64,000 nucleotides of DNA from a virus. Lineage: Duplodnaviria > Caudoviricetes. Made by a program: the position numbers and the translations under genes. The stretch's first letter is position 1. Each line of letters begins with the position of its first letter. The DNA lies in the IMG/VR virus record IMGVR_UViG_3300025437_000009. One strand, 5' to 3'. Under the pieces are notes generated by a model. It worked only from the letters and a program-made list of their open reading frames with translations, was not told where the DNA came from and ran no database searches. Positions 58,501 to 64,000 of the stretch are shown piece after piece.

Positions 58501-61500
58501 AGTAATATCTACAGCACTACTACAAGTTTATACAACAATCGAAACAATGTAACTTATCCTGCAGACTTGCCTACCTGTGGATATGTAAATTTAGCCGATG
58601 TTACTTATCAAATTTTTGATATAACAACTGTAACTACACTTCCAACATTATCAGCTGGTAATACAATTTGGGTAGCTAAAGATGCTAATGCAAACTGGAA
58701 CGTGTTTAGAGTCAATAGCACTGGTCTTACAGCAACTACATTAAATTATACACTTGATAATTTTGCACAAGTGGTCTTTAATACCACACACAGTTTTAAT
58801 ATTGGCGATTATATCGTACTGCAAAACTTCAACACCGCGTATGATGGGCTGTACCAAGTAGCTGGTATTCCAACTTCAACTAGCGTGACTGTTACCCTAC
58901 AAAATCCATCTACTCTGATTGGAGTTGGTGGGGCTATTACAGGGGTTGGTACCGTATTTGTATTCCAATCAGTGGTGCTTGCAACTTCTAACACCATTGG
59001 AAATAATCCTCCATATGGTGGTTGGGTCAGCGGAGACATAGTATGGGTTACCAATGACTTAGAGCCTAGTGCAACTGGATGGGCAACCTATACATATAAT
59101 GGGTCTTCTTGGTCACGCACTCGACAACAACAACCGAGTGTTGATATCACCAGCATTAATAGAACATTTATCTATAATAAACTGAATAACGTTATTTTAG
59201 CTGCACTTGATTTTGTTGATCCAGCCAAAGGCAAGGTATTAAATGCAGTTGGTCAAGACATTGATTATCAATTGACTACAGACCCTGCATACTATAGTGC
59301 TGGCACTGGAGAAACGCAAACAAACTTCTACTGGGGCCCACAACAGGTTGGCAAAATTTGGTGGAATGTTGATCAAGTGCGTTATATTAACTATGAACAA
59401 GATGCATTGATCTATAGATTAAACAACTGGGGTGCAACATTCCCGGGAAGTCAAATTTTAGTATGTGAATGGGTTGAAAGTCCTGTATTGCCTAGTCAGT
59501 ATGTAGCTACCGTGGGCGACGGAGTTCCTCTGTACCCAGATGACACAGCATACTCTACCTATGGAAGTGTTGGCCCGTCGGGTAATGTCACAGTAACATA
59601 TTATTTCTGGGTAGTAAATAAAACTTCTATTAATACTTCTGCTGGTAAATCAAATAGTGCTTACAATATTGCTATTGCAATTAAAAATCCGCAGGCCCAA
59701 GGAATTCCTTATGCAACCGTATTGCGTGATGATACCATAGCATTATATAACATTAATCAATACCTAGTTGGACAAAATAGTGTTCTGCATATTGATAGTA
59801 AAAATATTGCTTCAATGGGATTGATACACAGTGAATATTCACTGGTACAAGAAGGCAATCCTATCAGCCAAATTCCTTCAGTAATTGAACGCAAACTAGT
59901 TGACAGCCTAGCAGGGCAAGATAGTGCGGGTAATCCAGTTCCAGATCCTGCATTAACACCAGCACAGGCCTATGGTATACAGATTCGTCCTCGTCAAAGT
60001 ATGTTTATTGACCAGACTCTAGCAAGAAGCAACTATATTACCTATGTAAATGATGTCTTAATAGCTTATCCAGTAATTGAAAATAAGTTATTGACGACAC
60101 TAAACAGCCAAGAAAATCCGCCGGGTCCTAACGCAGGCGCATATAGTTTAACTGTAGATACTTACAGCGAATTAAGTTACATCGACACTGGATTAATAAC
60201 TACAGGGTACGCAGTTCTCGTCAACACTGACACCAATAACCATAATAAGTGGGCCATATACACTTGGAATACTCCTACCACTGGCAAATGGAATTTAAGT
60301 CGAGTACAGAGGTATAAAACAAACCATTATTGGAATTATGCTGATTGGTATGAAACTGGATACGATTATACAGTGGCTCCAGATGTTACAGTCAGCAATC
60401 TATTAGATTATGGTAAATTAACTTTAGTTGCTGGACAATACATTAAAGTATTAAACAATGGTAACGATCAATTTGTTGTGTACTATGTCAACAGCGACTT
60501 AACCACAACATTAGTGGGTATACAGAATGGTACTATACAGTTCTCAACTGGCACAATACCTGCACTTGAAATGCGAGAGTTAGCTCTAGCAATTCAAAAT
60601 GATATCTTTATCAATGACCTAGCCAGCAACTATAATCAATTGTTCTTTACAATGGTCAAGTATGCACTGACTGAACAAAAGAATTTAGATTGGGTATTTA
60701 AAACAAGTTTCCTAAGTGCAAAACAGTATATTCGCGCACTGGCACAATTCCCAAGTTATATTGCTGATAATCAACAGTACTACTTAGATTACATTAATGA
60801 AATTAAACCATATCGTACAACTGTTCGACAGTTCGTTGTAGATTATCAAGGCAACGATCAATATTCGGGCGATATGAGTGACTTTGATTTGCCACCATAT
60901 TGGGATGCCAATTTATCTGTGTATCGTAGTCCAAGTGGCGAACAGTCATATGACACAGCATTATTAAGCACTACCGATAGTGTATACAGTTCTTGGTATA
61001 ACAATTATAAATCTCAAGTAGTGGCGATTGTTGTTGAAACCCCCGGTACTGGATATATATCTCCGCCTCAGATTAGTATTGTCGGTGGCGACGGAACTGT
61101 AGCTAATGCAGCAGTGGCTTACGCAACACTCAATGGCTCTGGCGGTATTGGCGAGATCATTGTTACCGCCGCAGGAAACAACTACACAACTACACCAACA
61201 GTTGTAATAAATGGCACAGGTACTGGCGCTAGCGCATACGCGGTTTTACGAAACGTGTATGATGGAAATCAACAGGGTCATAACGTGGTTAGAACAATTA
61301 ATACGACCATTAAGTTTGATCGTGTTAACTATACTGCTCCTAATACTTTTGTATTCTGGAGTAATATTACCAGTGCAAATGTTGGACAAACAATTCCTGC
61401 CAATACTATTATTGTTAATAATGGTCTCCTGTATCTTGTAGGTAATACTGTTACTATTGATGCAAACGTTGACTTCCCATTTGCTAATGTGTCGACTATT

Positions 61501-62733
61501 AGTTCTAGTAGCTTTAACAATGCCAACGATCGTATAATTGCATTCAATGGAAATGTTGATCTTGCTCTGACTCAGTGGGGGATAGAATATCCAGGAGTTA
61601 AGGTCGACGGCAACACATTTGTTGGAAATGTATTTGACACCACTATACAAAGTTTCTATGGTAATACCTTAGGTATTAATCCTTATGATATTAACATCGA
61701 CGGTGGTGCTTATATCAGCAACTTTAGTAGTCATGCACCAGAAGAATTGGTTCCTGGATACATGCGTGATAGTTTGGATCTAACAGTCTATGATACTGCT
61801 AATGTAGCATTTAGAGAATTTAATACAATCGCTGGCAATTTGCAGTTCTACAGAATTGCTAATGCCAATGTTACTACTCTAGCATCAAATCTACGCTTAA
61901 CAGACACAAGTATTTTAGTCGCTAACGCTGCAAACTTGCCCAAACCAAATCCAGCACTAAACACTCCGGGTTCTGTTATTATCAACGGCGAAAGAATTAC
62001 CTACTGGAGAAACTATGCGTTAGAAACTCCGGTTACTTGGACAGCTAATGCTAGTATTCCTGTTAATACTTTGATAACTCACACTAGCAACCTTTATCTA
62101 GTTACAGGAAACGTCTATAGCACTTCATTTGCAAATATTTCTGCCAATATCACACAGGTTGTTGCTAATACCCTGGCACAGATACGTCGTGGTGTGGATG
62201 GAACATATACTCCAGCAATCCAATTGGCCAATAGCCGCGTGGTAGATGCAAGTATACAACAAATGGTTCCGGGCAGCTACACAACTCCTGCAAATATTGG
62301 CTTATACAATAAAACCTATACTGTAACAGGAAATGTAAGTTACAAACTAAGAGTAAGTGCCAATATAACAGCTAACGTTGGTGATTACATTAACCAAGTC
62401 TTTGCTAACACCGCGGTAGCAGCAAATCTACGTGTTTTGGGAAATACTACAGGAAATACTGTACCAGTTATTTTTATTGCTGGCCATATCAGCACACTAG
62501 CTAATACCATTACTGTTAACGGTGTAACTGCTACAGGTGCAAACGTAGTAAGTGCATCTATTTTAGGTACAGTAAATTCAGCTGGTAATGTGACTATTGC
62601 GGCTAACACAGTCTTAGCAACCAGCAATATTTGGACTAGTGCTAATTCTAGTTTAGATTCAAGTACTACCGCACAAGCTACTTTCTTAAAAGCTAGCCTA
62701 AGCTACTATGCTATACCAGGAACGACCCCATGA
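52561..62733 (+). CDS. Giant (3390 aa) baseplate/virion structural protein (gp7-like position)
   Basis: Uninterrupted ORF directly after gp6, with KPY-T motif and G-GY/GTGASA repeat modules near the C-terminus. Confidence 0.75.
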   Translation: MPLINTINFLPSPFRTTTNQRFLGATLDQLTIDAFNIPVNGYIGRTFAPTYKLGDNYVAETTSLRQNYQLEPSVVVKDANQNVVLNSTFQDFLQNISVAGGFANNQQRLFTSEYYNFDGHFDYDKFVNYNNYYWIPGGPDAVSVSAGSTPYLATYTVTRNTSVNGYTFSGLGPNPDIQITLARGGTYTFNVNQPGFNFWIQTKPGTSGVDPNISTVSTRQIFGVQNNGTDNGQIIFNVPKASAQDFYTEMPIAATVNAAVTFNYTDIQNQLLSTFLKNFPDGLDGVTNQLQNKTFIFINNQTDPAYWTTPAIPDAFTGVNTSPIAAGSVITGVALTNTWKINLVPSGNDYLIQVQPDSTVAVQQRVFVDSGKTYASTQFWLNTNYQYLAVPVVTAAADYLYYQDSANPDFVGQIKIVDNTTVPINITSDIIGQKYYTSPNGVVFTNGLKIQLDSLVVPASYANNQYYVEGVGTSIQLVPVAQLVVPESFGTEILTTADYITINRASQDRNAWSRTNSWFHVDVLNAVSKYNQTPVNYGPNIPGRRAIIEFEPNLQLFNFGRQAKANVDLITFDSTDAFVNIEGQESYTLDGTPLVKGMRVIFANDYDTTVSNEIWQVDFEVVDSVTGNPYLRLIPTSDDPVVTGENVLVTQGANSGKTYWFDGTNWHECQEKTALNQEPLFDLIDTNGYSFSDSTVYPSSTFTGTKIFGYAHGTGTNDSVLGFPLTYQNFNNVGDIVFNNFYDTGTFTYNNSGTVETVACDSGYIQKNIDLTATTKLTNWTTGVQPTEQYQVITKFFDGYVAEINGVNYAFVQIDVLPESSTNIPYVKVFLNNTLLNPNTDYQIVNYGIYYVVTLNTMPASGDKIDVAIFSSATSTFGYYEVPENLDFNPLNETFTTITLGQLRTHYNKLIENTSISATESIPHQDQYLKAQGGTILQQSSPLVYGMTFLSDPVVNYIKGITLARKEYQRFKNKFLSLCATLQGLDYNDPAAGVDAILSNINAVKNNTFPWYYSDMVPQGNNYTTTTYTVLNARQTAYEINSIFDVTKLSNRAVLVYLNGKQLVANHIDFYYDSVSPSVVILVPLKVGDVITIRDYSNTDGNYVPETPTKLGLYQEFIPSIYTDDTYVTTTQVILGHDGSITPAFGDFRDQYLLELEKRIYNTLKTDYNTLNVLNLYDTVPGRFRTTDYSLSEWNQLITKNFLQWVGSNSVDYTTNSTYNQGNPWTWNYSQFPDSVDGSYLQGSWRAVYKYWFDTDQPHLSPWEMLGFSQQPTWWSTRYGPAPYTNGNTTLWEDLETGYIWNGSNTTAYNDTRFARPGLSGTLTGTRGFIPVDSAGNLLDPTRIGIIGILNSSSAGNSWQVGEQGPVETAWRRSSDYPYAIQQALALARPAEYFSTQIDLSRFYKNSVTGQFSNSVNQKITPSLLTVNGDTVTKPGTVLRTAGYLNWISDYVKNLGIDPVAKIESYFSNFNVQLAYRVAGFTDQNLITVSAEQTSPGSTNASIIIPNENFNIYVGDPMPSSVVTYSGVVVTRTATGYSVAGYDTTYPFFTILPSIVNSKSSTVKSNNLTATIYQDGATTTMAIPYGTTFSTVQQVADFLVSYQRYLTKQGFVFDQFDSDLSMTRDWTLSVQEFLYWVQQNWSVGTVIVLNPVFDTLKFQANGSVVGEITNLPNDSRLLDTNFAPIKSNNFDILRQDTPFGNAFQINTLNGLTGIGFAQLNLIQFETTLIFDNVDNFGDIIYVPSQGTRQYRLKLSGAKTGLWDGSISATGYIYSNPQIKNWQPGTDYRQGDIVLYNNNYYTAPNDIVASQQFSLTSWTQISASDIQTGLLPSFGHNAQVFQNIYDVDNPPQDKNFQTFSAGLIGFRDRPFLGNLGLSIPTQTKFYQGYIKQKGTQNAITSLTKATFDNLKSTISTYEEWAFQVGQYGDITSNQYTEFVLDQSVFLTNPVAFTAYNSYNAGNIIVNLAVTGNTTTSNVYNASNIYSTTTSLYNNRNNVTYPADLPTCGYVNLADVTYQIFDITTVTTLPTLSAGNTIWVAKDANANWNVFRVNSTGLTATTLNYTLDNFAQVVFNTTHSFNIGDYIVLQNFNTAYDGLYQVAGIPTSTSVTVTLQNPSTLIGVGGAITGVGTVFVFQSVVLATSNTIGNNPPYGGWVSGDIVWVTNDLEPSATGWATYTYNGSSWSRTRQQQPSVDITSINRTFIYNKLNNVILAALDFVDPAKGKVLNAVGQDIDYQLTTDPAYYSAGTGETQTNFYWGPQQVGKIWWNVDQVRYINYEQDALIYRLNNWGATFPGSQILVCEWVESPVLPSQYVATVGDGVPLYPDDTAYSTYGSVGPSGNVTVTYYFWVVNKTSINTSAGKSNSAYNIAIAIKNPQAQGIPYATVLRDDTIALYNINQYLVGQNSVLHIDSKNIASMGLIHSEYSLVQEGNPISQIPSVIERKLVDSLAGQDSAGNPVPDPALTPAQAYGIQIRPRQSMFIDQTLARSNYITYVNDVLIAYPVIENKLLTTLNSQENPPGPNAGAYSLTVDTYSELSYIDTGLITTGYAVLVNTDTNNHNKWAIYTWNTPTTGKWNLSRVQRYKTNHYWNYADWYETGYDYTVAPDVTVSNLLDYGKLTLVAGQYIKVLNNGNDQFVVYYVNSDLTTTLVGIQNGTIQFSTGTIPALEMRELALAIQNDIFINDLASNYNQLFFTMVKYALTEQKNLDWVFKTSFLSAKQYIRALAQFPSYIADNQQYYLDYINEIKPYRTTVRQFVVDYQGNDQYSGDMSDFDLPPYWDANLSVYRSPSGEQSYDTALLSTTDSVYSSWYNNYKSQVVAIVVETPGTGYISPPQISIVGGDGTVANAAVAYATLNGSGGIGEIIVTAAGNNYTTTPTVVINGTGTGASAYAVLRNVYDGNQQGHNVVRTINTTIKFDRVNYTAPNTFVFWSNITSANVGQTIPANTIIVNNGLLYLVGNTVTIDANVDFPFANVSTISSSSFNNANDRIIAFNGNVDLALTQWGIEYPGVKVDGNTFVGNVFDTTIQSFYGNTLGINPYDINIDGGAYISNFSSHAPEELVPGYMRDSLDLTVYDTANVAFREFNTIAGNLQFYRIANANVTTLASNLRLTDTSILVANAANLPKPNPALNTPGSVIINGERITYWRNYALETPVTWTANASIPVNTLITHTSNLYLVTGNVYSTSFANISANITQVVANTLAQIRRGVDGTYTPAIQLANSRVVDASIQQMVPGSYTTPANIGLYNKTYTVTGNVSYKLRVSANITANVGDYINQVFANTAVAANLRVLGNTTGNTVPVIFIAGHISTLANTITVNGVTATGANVVSASILGTVNSAGNVTIAANTVLATSNIWTSANSSLDSSTTAQATFLKASLSYYAIPGTTP

Positions 62734-63416
62734 TAAATACAGATAACAAACAAAATTTAGAGGAAAAAGCAGTGGAAAAAACAACAAAACGTCCAGATGA
62801 AAATACTGGAATTTATGTACGTGGACACATCAAAATTTTTGATCCTGAGACTAAGGAAGTCTTTATTGACAAGCCTAATGCAATCCACTATGAAAACATG
62901 AGTCAGGCGTTGGCTTGGTCAATTGCCAACAAGGGCGAAAATTTTATTTACGAAATGGATTTTGGTAACGGTGGTACTTCAGTAGACCCCACGGGTATTA
63001 TCACATATCTGCCTACAAATACAGTAGGTCAAAATGCTAATCTCTATAATCCAACATACAGTAAAATTGTTGATAATACTAGTGCTGCAAATCCAAATCC
63101 TGCTAATAACAACATGACTGTGACACATATTCCTGGTACAGTTTATACAGACATTTTAGTCAGTTGTTTGTTAGACTACGGTGAGCCCAACGGACAGTTA
63201 AATTTTGACAACAGCCAAAACTTAAACGGCGAGTTTGTATTTGATGAGTTGGGTCTACGTGGCCGCTCAACAGATGGCACCTCAGGATTAACTTCAACAG
63301 GTTTACTACTAACACACGTGGTGTTTATGCCTGTACAAAAATCACTGAATCGATTAATTCAAATTGACTATACTGTTCGAATTCAAACACTAACAAATTT
63401 AAGCAGTCAGGTATAA
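62730..63416 (+). CDS. Baseplate-region structural protein (start possibly GTG ~62772)
   Basis: G-I-I-D...N-IH, FGNGG, FDELGL, THV-F-PVQKSLNR-I--DYT. A late promoter lies at 62733-62739, inside the annotated start. Confidence 0.65.
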   Translation: MINTDNKQNLEEKAVEKTTKRPDENTGIYVRGHIKIFDPETKEVFIDKPNAIHYENMSQALAWSIANKGENFIYEMDFGNGGTSVDPTGIITYLPTNTVGQNANLYNPTYSKIVDNTSAANPNPANNNMTVTHIPGTVYTDILVSCLLDYGEPNGQLNFDNSQNLNGEFVFDELGLRGRSTDGTSGLTSTGLLLTHVVFMPVQKSLNRLIQIDYTVRIQTLTNLSSQV

Positions 63417-63420
63417 TATC

Positions 63421-64000
63421 ATGAGTTACATTATTAACTTAACAAACGGAAACGTTTTAACACAAGTACAAGATGGTACCACTAATACCAATACTGGTAT
63501 AACCTTAATTGGTCGTAATTACACTAACTACGGTCAAACACAAAACGATAACTTTGTTAGGTTATTAGAAAACTTTGCTGACGCAAATCCGCCAACAATC
63601 AGTTCGCTAGCATATACTCCGCTGGTTGGAACTCTATGGTACGATAGTGTTAATCAAATAATCAAAGTTTATGATGGATCAAATTGGTATCCAGTGAGTC
63701 AGCGCATTAACGCTAGCTCTGCTCCGGTAGCTGACAATGTTGGCGACCAATGGTATGATACGGTTAATCAACAGACTAAACAATGGAATGGTACAAACTG
63801 GCAACTAATTGGACCAGCATATTCAGTAAGTCAAGGACTTAGCGGAATTCAAATTGAGTCCCTAACTGATAGCTTCCCCACAACACACGCAGTATCGAGT
63901 GAGTACGCACAGGGTCAGCTGGTATCTATCACGAGTAGTGGCGCATTCACGTTACCCAATCAATACCACGGCTTTACTACAATCACCGCCGGATTAAACG
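63421..64000 (+). CDS. Baseplate/fibre-attachment structural protein, 3'-truncated by the window edge
   Basis: MSYIINLTNG...LIGRNYTNYG--QNDNFV-LLENFA...GTLWYD is open to the window end. Confidence 0.75.
   Translation, partial: MSYIINLTNGNVLTQVQDGTTNTNTGITLIGRNYTNYGQTQNDNFVRLLENFADANPPTISSLAYTPLVGTLWYDSVNQIIKVYDGSNWYPVSQRINASSAPVADNVGDQWYDTVNQQTKQWNGTNWQLIGPAYSVSQGLSGIQIESLTDSFPTTHAVSSEYAQGQLVSITSSGAFTLPNQYHGFTTITAGLN

Noticed and set aside
1-64000. Stop-codon reassignment (alternative genetic code)
   Set aside because: Core genes are full length under the standard code, and TAG and TGA both end real genes (e.g. 3000, 62733).

Overview
A 64-kb piece of a large (probably jumbo) T4-like myovirus genome, about 40% GC by eye, using the standard bacterial code. 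It covers most of the virion morphogenesis region. Left to right: neck/tail-terminator genes, a long minus-strand array of fibre/decoration genes, the head module (gp23-, gp22-, gp21-, gp20-like), a tape-measure-like gene with divergent tail-chaperone genes, Mre11/Rad50 (gp47/gp46), a gp55-like late sigma factor, and a plus-strand baseplate module ending in a 3390-aa protein. Late genes carry a T4-type (G/C/T)ATAAATA promoter, often only 4-7 nt before the ATG. Accessory genes (3 radical SAM, 3 SGNH-like, 2 glycosyltransferase-like, NUDIX, 3 GIY-YIG) are interleaved with core genes. The most striking unexplained element is a ~475-nt highly base-paired, pseudoknotted non-coding segment (34456-34930, minus strand). 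It begins at the first base after the stop codon of a small GIY-YIG gene, suggesting a nuclease + large ncRNA unit. Also notable are a candidate -1 programmed frameshift joining the gp26-like and downstream tail-chaperone ORFs, and a three-way-junction 5' leader on a putative head-decoration gene. I saw no tRNA, rRNA or CRISPR array. All product calls come from motif recognition by eye, not database searches.
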